Assembly: GCA_963665325.3 (NCBI GenBank)
Contig: CAXXWS020000002.1
Location: forward strand, 1,120,001 to 1,184,000
Reading direction: 5' to 3'
DNA length: 64,000 nt
Origin: Alphaproteobacteria bacterium
GTDB taxonomy: Bacteria; Pseudomonadota; Alphaproteobacteria; Bin95
In this document: positions 38,373-49,721 of the stretch, in pieces
How the letters are laid out: each line of letters begins with the position of its first letter
Numbering within the stretch: the stretch's first letter is position 1
Position numbers and translations under genes: made by a program
Notes under the pieces: model-generated
Seen by the model: only the letters and a program-made list of their open reading frames with translations
Told to the model about the DNA's origin: nothing
Databases searched by the model: none

Positions 38373-39245
38373 TCAGGACCTCGGGTCGAGCGCGTCCTGG
38401 AGGGCGTCGCCCAGGAAGTTGAACGCGATCACTGTCGCGAAGATCAGCAGGCCCGGCCAGACGGCGAGGCGCGGGGCTTGCCAGATCGTCTCCTGGGCAT
38501 GGGCGAGCATGTTGCCCCAGCTTGCCGCCGGCGGCTGAATGCCGAGTCCGAGGAAGGAAAGCACGCTTTCGAACAGGATGATATTCCCAACTGAAAGCGT
38601 CGTCGCTACCAGGATGGGCGAGGCCACATTCGGCAGGATATGCCTGAGCGCTATGCGGCCGCTTCCGGCACCGAGTGCGCGGGCGGCGCGCACATAGTCC
38701 TGAGCGCGGGCGGCAAGCGCGGCGGCGCGAACCAGCCGGGCCACCGTCGTCCAGCCGACGAGCGCCACGATGGCGATGACGCGAAAGAGGCTGGCATTCG
38801 TCCCGTCGTCGAGGCCGAGCTTGCCGAGATCGACGGCTGCCAGCACGATCAGCAACGGCAAGAGCGGCAGCGCGATCACGCCGTCGGTTAACCGCATGAG
38901 CACCGTGTCGAAGGCGCCGCCGCGATAACCCGCCAGCAAGCCGAGGCCCGTGCCGATCAGGGCGGCGATGAACGCAGCGGCGAGGCCGACGGCGAGCGAC
39001 ACCTGCCCGCCCCGTAGCAGCCTCGCAAGCAGGTCCCGCCCGAGATCGTCTGCGCCGAGTAGATGCTCGGCGGACGGCGCAGCATAGCGCGCGAAGAGGT
39101 CGATCGAATCGGCGTCGATGCCGAGCCCGGCCTCGATGAGCGGCGCCGACCAGGCTGCGGCCGCGAGCAGCAGCAGGAAGACGGCCCCGGCGAGCCCCGC
39201 CTTGTGGCGCCGGAACCGGAACCAGGCCAGCGCCGCCGGGCTCAT
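38373..39245 (-). CDS. Peptide/nickel ABC transporter permease (OppC/DppC-like)
   Basis: HLLGADDLGRDL, YVRAARALGA, HILPN, ESVLSFLGLGIQPP. Confidence 0.92.
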   Translation of the reverse strand: MSPAALAWFRFRRHKAGLAGAVFLLLLAAAAWSAPLIEAGLGIDADSIDLFARYAAPSAEHLLGADDLGRDLLARLLRGGQVSLAVGLAAAFIAALIGTGLGLLAGYRGGAFDTVLMRLTDGVIALPLLPLLIVLAAVDLGKLGLDDGTNASLFRVIAIVALVGWTTVARLVRAAALAARAQDYVRAARALGAGSGRIALRHILPNVASPILVATTLSVGNIILFESVLSFLGLGIQPPAASWGNMLAHAQETIWQAPRLAVWPGLLIFATVIAFNFLGDALQDALDPRS

Positions 39246-40204
39246 GTTCCTGCCCGGAAGGCGATGCGCGGGTCGAGCGCGATATAGGCGCCGTCCGCGG
39301 CGATATTGGCGGCAAGCGTTGTGAGCGTCGCGAACAGGAGGCCGATGAGTGCGAGGTTGTAATCGTTCGCCATCACGGCGTTGTAGATAAGTGCGCCCAT
39401 GCCGGGATAGCCGAACATGATTTCGGTGATGAGCGCGCCGGAGAAAAGTGCTCCCATGTCCAGCGCGAGGATCGTCACCACGGGAATCATCGCGTTGCGC
39501 AGCACATGGCGGCGCACCGCGGCGGCCCGCGAGAGGCCTTTGGCGCGTGCCGTGCGCACATAGTCCTGGCGCAGCGCTTCGCGCATGGACGCGCGGACAT
39601 AGCGCGTGATGCCCCCGGCGGACAGCAGTCCCAGCACGGCCACCGGCAGAATGAGGTGGCGCAGCCGCTCCGGCCATCCGGCGTCGCCTGCCGCCGGGTA
39701 GCCCGTCGCCGGCAGCCAGCCGAGCGTCACCGAAAACAGCAGCATTGCCATGATCGCGAGCCAGAAGGGTGGGGTGGAAATGCCGGCGAAACAGATGAAG
39801 TTGACGGCATAGTCGCCGAATCGGTTCGCCTTGAGCGCCGCGAAAATGCCGGCCGGGATCGCGATGGCGACCGAAAGCGCGAACGCGAGCCCCATCAGCA
39901 GGACCGTATGGGGCAACCGTTCCGCCAGCAGGTCCAGCGCCGGGCGGTGGTAGATGCGGCTGTGGCCGAAGTCGCCGCCGAGCGCCTGTCCCGCCCAGGC
40001 GAGGTAGCGTTCCCAGACCGGACGGTCGAGCCCATAGACCGCCTTCAGCCGTTCCGTGTCTTCCGAGGTCAGCTCCGGGTCGGCGGCGATCATGGCGTCG
40101 ATCGGGTCCCCCGGCATCAGGCCGATCAGCCCATAGACGGCGAAGGACATGACGGCCAGAACGATGACCGCCTGCAACAGGCGGCCGGCGAGAAATCGGG
40201 TCAT
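39242..40204 (-). CDS. Peptide/nickel ABC transporter permease (OppB/DppB-like)
   Basis: PGDP, YGLDRP, QDYVRTARAKGL, HVLRNA, LDPRI. Confidence 0.92.
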   Translation of the reverse strand: MTRFLAGRLLQAVIVLAVMSFAVYGLIGLMPGDPIDAMIAADPELTSEDTERLKAVYGLDRPVWERYLAWAGQALGGDFGHSRIYHRPALDLLAERLPHTVLLMGLAFALSVAIAIPAGIFAALKANRFGDYAVNFICFAGISTPPFWLAIMAMLLFSVTLGWLPATGYPAAGDAGWPERLRHLILPVAVLGLLSAGGITRYVRASMREALRQDYVRTARAKGLSRAAAVRRHVLRNAMIPVVTILALDMGALFSGALITEIMFGYPGMGALIYNAVMANDYNLALIGLLFATLTTLAANIAADGAYIALDPRIAFRAGT

Positions 40205-41856
40205 TCCTCTGCGCGCCACTCCTCGATCCAGAGCGTGGTCGGAAATGTGTGGCCGGTAGGCGTCACGCCCTTCAGCCACTTCGGAAAGACATAGGGCGTG
40301 GCCCGGAAATAGAGGGGCAGCACCGGCAGGTCGCGGGCGTAGGCCGCCTGGAGCTTTGCCCAGAGGCTACGGCGCTTCTCGCGGTCGAGTTCGACCTCGA
40401 TGCCGTCGAGCAGCACGTCCACATCCGGGTTGCGGTAGCCGGTGTAGTTCTGCCCCGACCAGTTGTTCTCCGCCGTCGGGATCATGGTGGAATGGAGCGT
40501 CGAGCGCGGCACGCTCTCCGGCGCGGACAGCCAGGCATACATCGCCAGACCGCTGAACTGGCGCTTCGAAACCGTTTCGCCGAAGAACACGCGCGCGGGC
40601 TGGTTGCGGATACGCACATCGATGCCGACATCCTTCCACGCCGCCTGCAACACCTGTTGCACCAGCTCGCGCGAACGGCTGCCTGCGGTGGTGCCGAGTT
40701 CGAGCCTGAGCGGCTCGCCGGCGGCGTTGCGGCGCGGGGCGCCCGGCTCCTCGCTGGTCCAGCCCGCCTCGTCCAGCAGCTTTCGGGCGGCGTCCGGGTC
40801 GAAGGGCGTTTGCGGCAAGTCGGGGTCATAGACCCAGTCGAGGGGGCTGACCGGTCCGTGCGAGACCGGCTGGCGGCCGAAAAAGAGGCCTTCCGAGAGC
40901 GTTTCCCGGTCGATGGCGTGCAACAGCGCACGCCTCACCCGGACATCGGCCAACACCGGATTGTCGAGATTGAGGTCGATATGCTCGTAGATCAGTCCGG
41001 CCTTGTAGGCAAAGTTCCAGGAATCGCCTTCGCGCTGCTCCATCGCGGCCGCCTGGTCGAGACTGAGCCCCAGTTCGCCGGCGATATAGTCAATGGCGCC
41101 CGAACGAAGATTGACCTCCAGTGCGGCGGTATTCTCGATGATCCGGATAATCACGGTCTCGAAGGCCGCCGGCGCGCCCCACCAGGTCGGGTTCCGCTTG
41201 AGTTCGATGGCGGCGCCGGGCTCGACCCGGACCACACGGTAGGGGCCGAACCAGAGGCCCGGATTGGCGCTGTCGGCGTCGTAGGCGGTACGATTCCGGT
41301 AGTCTGCAGGGCCTGCCTCGAAATTGGCGCGGTCGATATGCGCGGGAAGCACGAGGCCGCCGATGTCGTTGTAGTCGAAGGTCACGCGGTCGAGATGCAG
41401 CGTGAACCGGCGGTCGTCATGGACCTCCAGCTCCAGGATTCTCCGGTAGAGTTCCCCCGAGGCGACGCCCGATTGCGGGTGCTTGCCGACCTCGACGGCA
41501 AAGGCGACATCCTTCGTGGTCACGGGAACGCCGTCGCCCCAGCGGGCATCCGGGCGGATCGTGTAGGTGACGGCGATGCCGTCCTTGCCGTCGGGTGTCT
41601 TCTCGCGCACCGCGCCGCCGTTCTCGATGGTCGGGAGCTCGATGCAAAGCATGCAGACGAGCTGCCAGTCCGGATCGTGGACCGTGAACGGGCGCATGCC
41701 CATGGCGAGCGCGTAGCTCTTGGCCAGCATCGAATCGATCTGCGGATGCAGTGTCGACGGGAACTGGGTCATGCCGATAACCAGCCGGTCCTTCGCTCCG
41801 GCCGGCAGCATGGCGGCGAATATCAGCAGGGCCGCAGCGGCGACAACGCGGATCAT
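40201..41856 (-). CDS. Peptide ABC transporter substrate-binding protein (family 5)
   Basis: Signal peptide, RWGDGVPVTTKDV, GPYRV, DVRVRRAL..AIDR. Confidence 0.9.
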   Translation of the reverse strand: MIRVVAAAALLIFAAMLPAGAKDRLVIGMTQFPSTLHPQIDSMLAKSYALAMGMRPFTVHDPDWQLVCMLCIELPTIENGGAVREKTPDGKDGIAVTYTIRPDARWGDGVPVTTKDVAFAVEVGKHPQSGVASGELYRRILELEVHDDRRFTLHLDRVTFDYNDIGGLVLPAHIDRANFEAGPADYRNRTAYDADSANPGLWFGPYRVVRVEPGAAIELKRNPTWWGAPAAFETVIIRIIENTAALEVNLRSGAIDYIAGELGLSLDQAAAMEQREGDSWNFAYKAGLIYEHIDLNLDNPVLADVRVRRALLHAIDRETLSEGLFFGRQPVSHGPVSPLDWVYDPDLPQTPFDPDAARKLLDEAGWTSEEPGAPRRNAAGEPLRLELGTTAGSRSRELVQQVLQAAWKDVGIDVRIRNQPARVFFGETVSKRQFSGLAMYAWLSAPESVPRSTLHSTMIPTAENNWSGQNYTGYRNPDVDVLLDGIEVELDREKRRSLWAKLQAAYARDLPVLPLYFRATPYVFPKWLKGVTPTGHTFPTTLWIEEWRAEE

Positions 41857-41929
41857 GGCCAAACCTCCCTGAGCGGCGGACGGAAACTAGCCGCTCCGCC
41901 GGACCGGCGGAATGCCGTTTGTCGCGGCT

Positions 41930-42604
41930 TCACCCCGTTACCGCCGCCAGCCAGTCTTCCAGCTTGTCGACGATGTGGTGGACGGCGGCAGGGTCGAAAC
42001 CCCGCGCAGCCTGGGGGCGCACGGTGCGCAGCCAGACGGTGGTCATGCCCGAGGCGGCGGCGGGGGTGAGGTTGCGGACAGTGTCCTCGACCATGACCGC
42101 GCGGCGGGGATCGACCGCGTGGCGGGCGAGCAGCCGGCGATAGCCTTCCGGGTCCGGCTTGGGAAGGAAGCCGGCAGCTTCGACATCGAACACCGCCTCG
42201 AAATGGGCGCCGAGGCCAAGCCGGTCCAGCACCCGCTCGGCATGGGCGACATTCGCATTGGTGTGGATCAGCCGCCGGCCCGGCAGCCGCGCCACCAGTC
42301 GTTGCAGGCAAGGGGAAGGATGAAGAGAGGAAAGGTCGAGGCGGTGCGTTTCCTCGAGATAGTCATGGGGATCCACGCCGCATTCCGTAATCAGCCCCCC
42401 AAGCGTCATGCCGTAGCGGCTGTTCCAGACCTTGCGCAGCCGGACCGACTCGCGCGCCGAGACGCCGAGACGGCGCTCGATAAAGCCGGAGATCGCCGCT
42501 TCCATCTGCTGCGAGAGATCGCATTCCGACGGGCTGTAGAGCGTGTTGTCGAGGTCGAAGACCCAGCAGTCGATGCCGTCGGCGTTCGGAAGCCCGGCTG
42601 TCAT
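41930..42604 (-). CDS. Pyrimidine 5'-nucleotidase (HAD family)
   Basis: [25 protein letters not shown]. Confidence 0.88.
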   Translation of the reverse strand: MTAGLPNADGIDCWVFDLDNTLYSPSECDLSQQMEAAISGFIERRLGVSARESVRLRKVWNSRYGMTLGGLITECGVDPHDYLEETHRLDLSSLHPSPCLQRLVARLPGRRLIHTNANVAHAERVLDRLGLGAHFEAVFDVEAAGFLPKPDPEGYRRLLARHAVDPRRAVMVEDTVRNLTPAAASGMTTVWLRTVRPQAARGFDPAAVHHIVDKLEDWLAAVTG

Positions 42605-43521
42605 CGCCGTCGGATCAGCGTGCCAGCGCCGGAGCGCGTCAGGATTTCCAGCAGCACGGCATGGTCCATCCGTCCGTCGAGGATGACCGCCGCCTCGACT
42701 CCGCCCTCCACGGCGTCCAGGCACGTCTCGACCTTCGGGATCATGCCGCCCACGATGGCGCCGCTGGCGATCATGCGCCGGGCGCGGTCGCGGCCCATCT
42801 CGGGAATCAGCCGGCCGTCCTCGTCCAGCACGCCTGCCACATCGGTCAGCAACAGGAAGCGGCGCGCCTTGCAGGCGGCGGCAATGGCGCCGGCGGCCGT
42901 GTCCGCGTTGACATTGTAGGTCTCGCCGTCCGCGCCGAGCCCGATGGGTGCCACGACCGGGATGAAACCCGCTTGAACCAGCGCGTCGATCACCGCCGTA
43001 TCGACGGCCGAGGGCTCGCCGACGAAGCCCAGGTCGAGAGCCTTCTCGATGTTCGATTCCGGGTCGCGCCGCGTGTGCTTCAGGCGCTTCGCCGTTATCA
43101 GCCCGGCGTCCTTGCCGGAGAGGCCGACGGCGCGCCCGCCGGCCGCGCCGATAGCGGCAGCCACGGCCTTGTTGATGCGGCCGGCCAGCACCATCTCGAC
43201 GATCTCGACCGTGTCGGCGCTGGTAACCCGAAGGCCGTCCACGAAGTCGCTGCCGATGCCGAGGCGTTCCAACATCCGGCCGATCTGCGGGCCGCCGCCA
43301 TGCACAACGACCGGATGGATGCCGATCTGCTTCATCAGCACCACGTCGCGCGCGAAGGCGGCAAGCGCGTCGGCGTCGCCCATCGCATGCCCGCCGTATT
43401 TAACCACGACGGTCGTGCCGGCATAGCGGGCGATATGGGGCACCGCCTCGGATAGCACGGACGCTTTCGCGATGCCCTCGGCGATCATGCCGGAAACGGC
43501 GTCGGCGGCGGTCTCGGTCAT
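42601..43521 (-). CDS. argB: Acetylglutamate kinase
   Basis: [33 protein letters not shown]. Confidence 0.96.
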   Translation of the reverse strand: MTETAADAVSGMIAEGIAKASVLSEAVPHIARYAGTTVVVKYGGHAMGDADALAAFARDVVLMKQIGIHPVVVHGGGPQIGRMLERLGIGSDFVDGLRVTSADTVEIVEMVLAGRINKAVAAAIGAAGGRAVGLSGKDAGLITAKRLKHTRRDPESNIEKALDLGFVGEPSAVDTAVIDALVQAGFIPVVAPIGLGADGETYNVNADTAAGAIAAACKARRFLLLTDVAGVLDEDGRLIPEMGRDRARRMIASGAIVGGMIPKVETCLDAVEGGVEAAVILDGRMDHAVLLEILTRSGAGTLIRRR

Positions 43522-44168
43522 GGGGTCGGGTCCTCTGCAAGGGCGGCAAGTTCGGCGCGCAGCCGGGGGATGCCGTCGCCGGCGCGTGCGCTGGTGGCGA
43601 TGACGGAGGGGTGCGCGGCGGCCCGTCGAGCGATGCCGGCCTCGACCTCGGCGACCGTCCGGTCCAGCGCCGGCGCGCTCAGCTTGTCGATCTTTGTCAG
43701 CACCACCTGATAGACGACGGCGGCGCGGTCGAGCACGTCCATCAGCGCGCCGTCGCTGTCCTTCAGGCCGTGGCGGGCATCGACCAGCAGGCAAAGCCTG
43801 CGCAGCGTCACCCGCCCGGCGAGGAAGTCCCGCGTCAGCGCTGTCCATGCCGCCGATTTGGTTCTGGACACCTTGGCATATCCGTAGCCTGGCAGGTCCA
43901 CGAGCCCGAGCCGCCCGGCAAGGTCGAAAAAGATCAATGTTTGGGTCCGACCGGGCGTATTCGAGGTGCGCGCAAGGCTATTGCGGCCCGTCAGCGCATT
44001 CACGAGGCTCGATTTGCCTACATTGGACCGGCCGGCGAAGGCGACCTCCGGCAGCCCGGCCGGCGGAAGCTGGGCGACTTCTGCGGCGGCATGCACGAAC
44101 CGGCACTCGCCCGCGAACAACCGCCGGCCCCGCTCCAGGGCGTCTTCAGGGAGGCCGGGCGCGCACAT
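43518..44168 (-). CDS. engB: Ribosome biogenesis GTPase YihA/EngB
   Basis: [31 protein letters not shown]. Confidence 0.96.
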   Translation of the reverse strand: MCAPGLPEDALERGRRLFAGECRFVHAAAEVAQLPPAGLPEVAFAGRSNVGKSSLVNALTGRNSLARTSNTPGRTQTLIFFDLAGRLGLVDLPGYGYAKVSRTKSAAWTALTRDFLAGRVTLRRLCLLVDARHGLKDSDGALMDVLDRAAVVYQVVLTKIDKLSAPALDRTVAEVEAGIARRAAAHPSVIATSARAGDGIPRLRAELAALAEDPTP

Positions 44169-44179
44169 GGCGGCAGGTC

Positions 44180-45928
44180 TCAGGTCTTTCCGGCCGCCGC
44201 GCGGGTCACACCCGCCCGGCGCATGATGACCCATTGCTGCGCCATGGAGAGGAGGTTGTTCCAGGTCCAGTAGATCACCAGCCCGGCCGGGAAGGTCGCC
44301 AGCAGGAAGGTGAACACCAGCGGCATGAACTGGAAGATCTTGGCCTGGATCGGGTCGGCTGGCGTCGGATTGAGGCGCATCTGCGCCCACATCGAAATGC
44401 CCATCAGGATCGGCCAGATGCCGAGATGCAGGAAGGAGGGCGGCCCCCAGTCCACCAGGCCAAATAGCGTGAAGAGGTTCGTCGGATCGACTGCCGACAG
44501 GTCCACGATCCAGCCGAAGAACGGCGCGTGGCGCATCTCGATCGCCACGAACAGCACCTTGTAGAGCGCGAAGAAGACCGGAATCTGGATCAGGATCGGC
44601 AGGCAGCCTGCGGCAGGATTAACCTTCTCGCGCTTGTAGAGGGCCATCATCTCCTGATTGAGCTTCTGCCGGTCATCGCCAAGGCGTTCGCGCAGCTTCA
44701 CCATTTCCGGCTGCAGCGCCTTCATCTGGCTCATCGAACGGTAGGACTTGTTGGCGAGCGGGAAGAAGACAAGCTTGACCGCGACCGTAAGCGCGAGAAT
44801 GGCCAGGCCGAAATTGCCCAGCACGCCCTGGAGCCAGGACAAGGCGTAGAAGAACGGTTTGGTGAGGAAATAGAACCAGCCGAAATCGATGGCGAGATCG
44901 AACTTGGCGAAGTCCAGGTCGTCCCGGTAGCGGTCCAGGAGATGGGCTTTTTTCGCGCCGGCGAAAACATGGTTTCGGACGGTTATCCGCCCGCCCGGCG
45001 GAACGGTCACGGCTTCGCGCAGATAGTCCGTCTGGTATTTGTCGACGCCCTGTTCAAGCCGGTGCAGGAAACGCGCCGTGAAGGTTTCGCCCGGCTCCGG
45101 GATCAGCGCCGTCAGCCAGTATTTGTCGGTGATGCCGAGCCAGCCCTCGGTATTCTCGACCTTGATCTCGCCGTCGTCGACAAGGTCGTCGTAGTCGTGC
45201 TCCTGCAACCCCTCGCCGAGAACCCCGAGCGGCCCTTCGTGCAGGATGAAGAAACCCGAGGTCTCCGGTGTGCCGGAGCGGGAGACGAGACCGTAGGGGA
45301 AGAGCGTAACCGGCCCGCTGCCGTCGTTGGCGACGGACTGTTCGACCGTCACCAGGTAGTCGTCCGCGAGGACAAAGGTGCGGGTGAAGCGCAGGCCGGC
45401 GCCATTGTCCCAGGCGAGCTTCAGCGGCCGCTCGCGGGTGAGCGTGCGGTCATTGGTGGACCAGAGCGTCTCCTGCGTCGGCATGGGCGCTGCGCCGTCG
45501 GCCGCGACCCAGCCAAGCTCCGCGTAGAACGCGCCGCTCCGGCCCGGCGGCGCGAGCAGGGTAATTCGCGCGCTCTCCGGATCGGTCGTCTCCTGGTAAT
45601 CCTTCAGGATGATGCTGTCGATGCGCGCGCCGGCGAGCGGGATCGACCCGTCAATGCGGGCATCCTCTATCGGGATGCGCTGCGTTTCGGTTTCGCCCGA
45701 AGCGGGCGCAGGGGCGGCCCCGGGTCGGGCAGCGGTGCCCGGCAGGGCGGGGCGACTGCCGGCGGGCCTCGGAATGGCGGCATCGGTCGCGGCGCCGGGG
45801 ACCGGCGGCGCACCCGTCTCCTCCGCCGGTTGGGGCGGCGTTTCCGGCGGCGGCATCATCATCTGGAACGCCAGCAGGATGCCGATCGAGATGACGATCG
45901 CGAGGAGGAGGTTGCGGTTGTCGAGCAC
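44180..45928 (-). CDS. yidC: Membrane protein insertase YidC
   Basis: IDFGWFYFLTKP, NPAAGCLPILIQIPVFFALY, PAGLVIYWTWNN. Confidence 0.97.
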   Translation of the reverse strand: MLDNRNLLLAIVISIGILLAFQMMMPPPETPPQPAEETGAPPVPGAATDAAIPRPAGSRPALPGTAARPGAAPAPASGETETQRIPIEDARIDGSIPLAGARIDSIILKDYQETTDPESARITLLAPPGRSGAFYAELGWVAADGAAPMPTQETLWSTNDRTLTRERPLKLAWDNGAGLRFTRTFVLADDYLVTVEQSVANDGSGPVTLFPYGLVSRSGTPETSGFFILHEGPLGVLGEGLQEHDYDDLVDDGEIKVENTEGWLGITDKYWLTALIPEPGETFTARFLHRLEQGVDKYQTDYLREAVTVPPGGRITVRNHVFAGAKKAHLLDRYRDDLDFAKFDLAIDFGWFYFLTKPFFYALSWLQGVLGNFGLAILALTVAVKLVFFPLANKSYRSMSQMKALQPEMVKLRERLGDDRQKLNQEMMALYKREKVNPAAGCLPILIQIPVFFALYKVLFVAIEMRHAPFFGWIVDLSAVDPTNLFTLFGLVDWGPPSFLHLGIWPILMGISMWAQMRLNPTPADPIQAKIFQFMPLVFTFLLATFPAGLVIYWTWNNLLSMAQQWVIMRRAGVTRAAAGKT

Positions 45929-45945
45929 GGGGCTGAGGCGTCCGT

Positions 45946-46179
45946 TCAGCTGCGATGGGCGCTGTTGTCTGGCGGTACCGGGTCATAGCCCGAACCGCCC
46001 AGGGGATGGCAGCGGGCGAGGCGTTTCGCCGCAAGCCAGCCGCCGCGCAGCACGCCGTGCCTGTCGATGGCCTCGAGCGCGAAGGTCGAGCAGGTCGGCA
46101 GGTAGCGGCAATTGGCCGGAAGCCACGGCGAGATCAGCCAACGGTAGGCGTAGATCGGCATCTTGAGGAGCAGCCTCAT
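45946..46179 (-). CDS. yidD: Membrane protein insertion efficiency factor YidD
   Basis: [32 protein letters not shown]. Confidence 0.93.
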   Translation of the reverse strand: MRLLLKMPIYAYRWLISPWLPANCRYLPTCSTFALEAIDRHGVLRGGWLAAKRLARCHPLGGSGYDPVPPDNSAHRS

Positions 46180-46508
46180 TACCGTTCGACCCGGCCGGCG
46201 GCGGCTGTCAGGTCGCCGAGTAGCGCCTCCCAAGGCCGCGAGAGCGCGGCGCGGCGCCCGATCACGACATAATCCCTGCCGGAACGCCGCTCCAGCGACT
46301 CGCGAACGGCCGCCCGCAGCCGCCGGCGTACCCGGTTGCGCTCCACGGCATTGCCGACCTTCTTCGACACGGTATAGCCAACCCTCACGGGCCCGTCGTC
46401 GTCCCGGGCGCGCATTTGCAACACCAGTCCCCCTGTAGCCCAACGCCGGCCGGTCGCCCGGACACGGAGGAATTCGGAGCGTTTCTTGAGCGTCCGGGGG
46501 GCGTCCAT
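46179..46508 (-). CDS. rnpA: Ribonuclease P protein component
   Basis: [24 protein letters not shown]. Confidence 0.95.
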   Translation of the reverse strand: MDAPRTLKKRSEFLRVRATGRRWATGGLVLQMRARDDDGPVRVGYTVSKKVGNAVERNRVRRRLRAAVRESLERRSGRDYVVIGRRAALSRPWEALLGDLTAAAGRVER

Positions 46509-46528
46509 GCGCGTCGGTGGAATCGGGC

Positions 46529-46663
46529 TCAGGCCGAGAGGACCTTACGCCCCTTGGCACGCCGGCGTTGCAGCACGCGGCGGCCGCCAACGGTCCCCTT
46601 GCGGGCGCGGAAACCGTGGCGCCGTTTGCGCACGAGGCGGCTCGGCTGGAAAGTGCGTTTCAC
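46529..46663 (-). CDS. rpmH: 50S ribosomal protein L34
   Basis: GTG start; (M)[38 protein letters not shown], 44 aa. Confidence 0.97.
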   Translation of the reverse strand: MKRTFQPSRLVRKRRHGFRARKGTVGGRRVLQRRRAKGRKVLSA

Positions 46664-46792
46664 GGAATTTGAGCTCCATCGCGGACGAGATGAACGGCCG
46701 CTGGCCGCATCCGGATGGCCGGAATAATGGTGATACCGGCCCCTGCTGTCAACGCTATGATGGCGGTAGCGGATAATGCGGAGGTGCGGGCG

Positions 46793-47524
46793 ATGGCCGC
46801 AACCGGGCGGCGCTCTTGGAGCGGCGCGGCGAAACGCCTCTCGATCCTGGCGGTGCTGGCGGCAGGCCTTGCCGTTTTTTTCGCCGCCGGGCTCCACGAG
46901 CAGTTGAGCTTCGAGACGCTCAGGGACAACCGGGAGATGCTGACAGGCTGGGTCGAGGAGAACCTGTTCCTCGCGCTGCTCGTCTATCTGACGGGTTATG
47001 CCGTGGTCATCGCCTTCTCGCTGCCGCTGGGCGCGGTCGCGACCATTTCCGGCGGCTTCTTCTTCGGGCTCTGGTTCGGGACCGGGGCGACGGTCATCGG
47101 TGCCACGCTGGGCGCCACGGCCCTGTTCATCGCGGCGCAGACCGTGCTCGGCGACCGTCTGCGCGCCAGGGTCGGGGCGGTCCTCGAACGCATGGACAGC
47201 GGCTTCCGGGACAACGCCTTTAACTACCTGCTGGTGCTGAGGCTGGTGCCGTTGTTCCCGTTCTTCCTGGTCAATATCGCGCCGGCCTTCGCAAATGTCC
47301 GGCTCTCGACCTATGTCTCGGCCACCCTTATCGGCATTATCCCCGGCACTTTCGTCTATACGAGCGTCGGCAACGGGCTGGGAGCGGTATTCGACAGCGG
47401 CGGCGAGCCGAACCTCGGGCTCATCCTCGAGCCGGAGATCCTGCTGCCGATCCTCGGGCTCTCGGTGCTGGCTCTTGTCCCGGTGATCTACAGGCGCTTC
47501 CGGCGCAGCCCGCCACCGGCATGA
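46793..47524 (+). CDS. TVP38/TMEM64 (DedA/VTT) family membrane protein
   Basis: [26 protein letters not shown]. Confidence 0.88.
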   Translation: MAATGRRSWSGAAKRLSILAVLAAGLAVFFAAGLHEQLSFETLRDNREMLTGWVEENLFLALLVYLTGYAVVIAFSLPLGAVATISGGFFFGLWFGTGATVIGATLGATALFIAAQTVLGDRLRARVGAVLERMDSGFRDNAFNYLLVLRLVPLFPFFLVNIAPAFANVRLSTYVSATLIGIIPGTFVYTSVGNGLGAVFDSGGEPNLGLILEPEILLPILGLSVLALVPVIYRRFRRSPPPA

Positions 47525-48906
47525 TGCAATGGTTCACGGCGCGCTCGTTTCGCTCGCTTTCCGCGCGCCTGCTCGTGCTCACCGTGTTCTTCGTCATGCT
47601 GGCGGAGTTGCTGATCTACGCGCCGTCCATCGCACGCTTCCGCACCACCTATCTGGCGGACCGCCTCGCGGACGCCCATATCGCCGCGCTCGCGCTGGAG
47701 GCGGCGCCGACGCGGGCCGTGGACGAAGCGCTGGAGAAGCGCCTGTTGGGCCATGTGTCGGCCTACAGTGTCGAACTCCGGGTCGGCGAGCACACGACCT
47801 ACATGCTGGGCGGCAGCATGCCGCCCGAAGTGGACGCCGCCTTCGACTTGGGCGAGGCCATGGCGTTCTTTTCGATCTGGGAAGCCGCGTCCACGCTTGC
47901 TCAGCAGCGGAACAGGGTGCTGCGGGTTAGCGGCGACTCCTTCCACGAGCCGAGCGCGCGGGTCGAGATCACGATGGACGAATGGCCGATGCGCGAGGCG
48001 ATGATCGCCTATTCCGAGCGCATCCTGCTTCTTTCCCTCGTCATCTCCGCGCTGACTGCGGCTGCCGTCTTCCTGGCGCTGCACTGGCTCATGGTGCGCC
48101 CGATGGGCCGGTTGACCGAGGCGATGGTGCGCTTCGGCATGGACCCGGAAGACCAGAGCCGCCTCCACGCGCCGTCGGAGCGCAGCGACGAGATCGGCAC
48201 GGCCGAGCGCCAGCTTGCCGGAATGCAGCGCCGCCTCCATGCCGCGCTCAGCCACCGGGCGCACCTGGCGGCGGTCGGGGAGGGCGTGGCGAAAATCAAC
48301 CATGATCTGCGCAACATGCTGGCCTCCGCCCAGCTCGTCTCCGACAGCCTGGGCGAAAGCAGGGACCCCCGCGTGCGCAAGGCCGTCCCGACCCTGGTGG
48401 GCGCGCTCGACCGGGCTGTCGGCCTCTGCACGCGTGTCGTGGACTTCGCCCGCGCAGGCGGGCCGCAGCTCATGCTGGAAGCGGTTCCGCTGGCGGAGTT
48501 GATCGACGATGCGGCGAGTGTTGCCGGCAAGGGCGCGGCATGGATCAACGGCATCGAGCCCGACATTGCGGTGGAAGGCGACCGGGAGCAGTTGTTCCGG
48601 GTCTTCGCCAATCTGGCCCGAAATGCGGCGGAGGCGGGCGCGAAGACCGTTTCCGCAACGGCCAGGGTGCGCGACGACCGCGTCCATGTCACAGTCGCCG
48701 ATAACGGCCCCGGCCTGCCGGAGCGGGCGCGCGACAACCTGTTCCGGCCCTTCCAGGGCTCGACAAGGCCCGATGGCTCCGGGCTCGGCCTGGCGATTGC
48801 GCGGGAGATCGTGCGCGCGCATGGCGGCTCGATCCGGTTGATTTCTTCCGACGGCGAGGGAACTGTGTTCCGGCTGGATTTCGCGATGTACAGGGAACGG
48901 CGATGA
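47521..48906 (+). CDS. HAMP-domain sensor histidine kinase
   Basis: 2 TM segments, HAMP DEIG, H-box INHDLRN, N-box [19 protein letters not shown]. Confidence 0.92.
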   Translation: MMQWFTARSFRSLSARLLVLTVFFVMLAELLIYAPSIARFRTTYLADRLADAHIAALALEAAPTRAVDEALEKRLLGHVSAYSVELRVGEHTTYMLGGSMPPEVDAAFDLGEAMAFFSIWEAASTLAQQRNRVLRVSGDSFHEPSARVEITMDEWPMREAMIAYSERILLLSLVISALTAAAVFLALHWLMVRPMGRLTEAMVRFGMDPEDQSRLHAPSERSDEIGTAERQLAGMQRRLHAALSHRAHLAAVGEGVAKINHDLRNMLASAQLVSDSLGESRDPRVRKAVPTLVGALDRAVGLCTRVVDFARAGGPQLMLEAVPLAELIDDAASVAGKGAAWINGIEPDIAVEGDREQLFRVFANLARNAAEAGAKTVSATARVRDDRVHVTVADNGPGLPERARDNLFRPFQGSTRPDGSGLGLAIAREIVRAHGGSIRLISSDGEGTVFRLDFAMYRERR

Positions 48907-49694
48907 GCACGCGGGGGGGCGGGGCCTGGAACCCCGGGCAATATCTGCGCTTCGGCGGGCACCGCTTGCGCCCGGCGCTCGAACTGTTCCAGCGTGTCGA
49001 GCACGACGCAGCCGGCCTCGCCGTCGATATGGGTTGTGGCACCGGCGATATCGCCCGGGCGATGGCGGTGCGTTGGCCGGAGGCCGAAGTGCGCGGGCAC
49101 GATCTCTCGGAAGCGATGCTGGAGGCCGCCGAGGCCGTGGACCCAGACGCCCGCGTCGCCTGGTCGAGGGCCGACCTGCGCGACTGGCGGCCGGACAGGC
49201 CGGTGGATGTGCTTTATGCCAACGCCGTTTACCAGTGGGCGGACGATCACGAGACGCTGTTTCCGCGCTTGCTGGGCACGCTGGCGCCGGGCGGGGTGTT
49301 CGCCGCGCAGATGCCGATGAGCTGGTCGGAGCCGAGCCACAGGGGGCTGCGCGATGTTCTCGACGAACACGGGTTCGGCACGACGGAATTGAGGACGCGG
49401 CTGGCGCGCAAGTGGGTAGCGGAGGCCGAGGAATATTACGGCCTCTTCCGACCGCTGACGTCGGAGCTGGATATCTGGGAGACGCGCTACATCCAGGTGC
49501 TCGAAGGCGAGGACCCTGTGCTGGAATGGGTCAAGGGCACGGGCCTGCGCCCGGTGCTGGAGGCGCTTGAAGGCGAGGAGAAGGACCGCTTCCTCTCCAT
49601 TTACGCAGCCCGCCTCCGCGAACTCTATCCAAGGCGGGAAAGCGGCGAGACCCTCTACCCCTTCCCCCGCCTGTTCATCGTGGCCCGGCTGTAG
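48903..49694 (+). CDS. tam: Trans-aconitate 2-methyltransferase-like SAM methyltransferase
   Basis: WNP.QYLRF...RLRPA.EL, DMGCGTG, WVKGTGLRP, PFPRLFIVA. Confidence 0.85.
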   Translation: MSTRGGGAWNPGQYLRFGGHRLRPALELFQRVEHDAAGLAVDMGCGTGDIARAMAVRWPEAEVRGHDLSEAMLEAAEAVDPDARVAWSRADLRDWRPDRPVDVLYANAVYQWADDHETLFPRLLGTLAPGGVFAAQMPMSWSEPSHRGLRDVLDEHGFGTTELRTRLARKWVAEAEEYYGLFRPLTSELDIWETRYIQVLEGEDPVLEWVKGTGLRPVLEALEGEEKDRFLSIYAARLRELYPRRESGETLYPFPRLFIVARL

Positions 49695-49721
49695 GCGGGA
49701 AAGTCGCTTGCCCGCTGCAGG

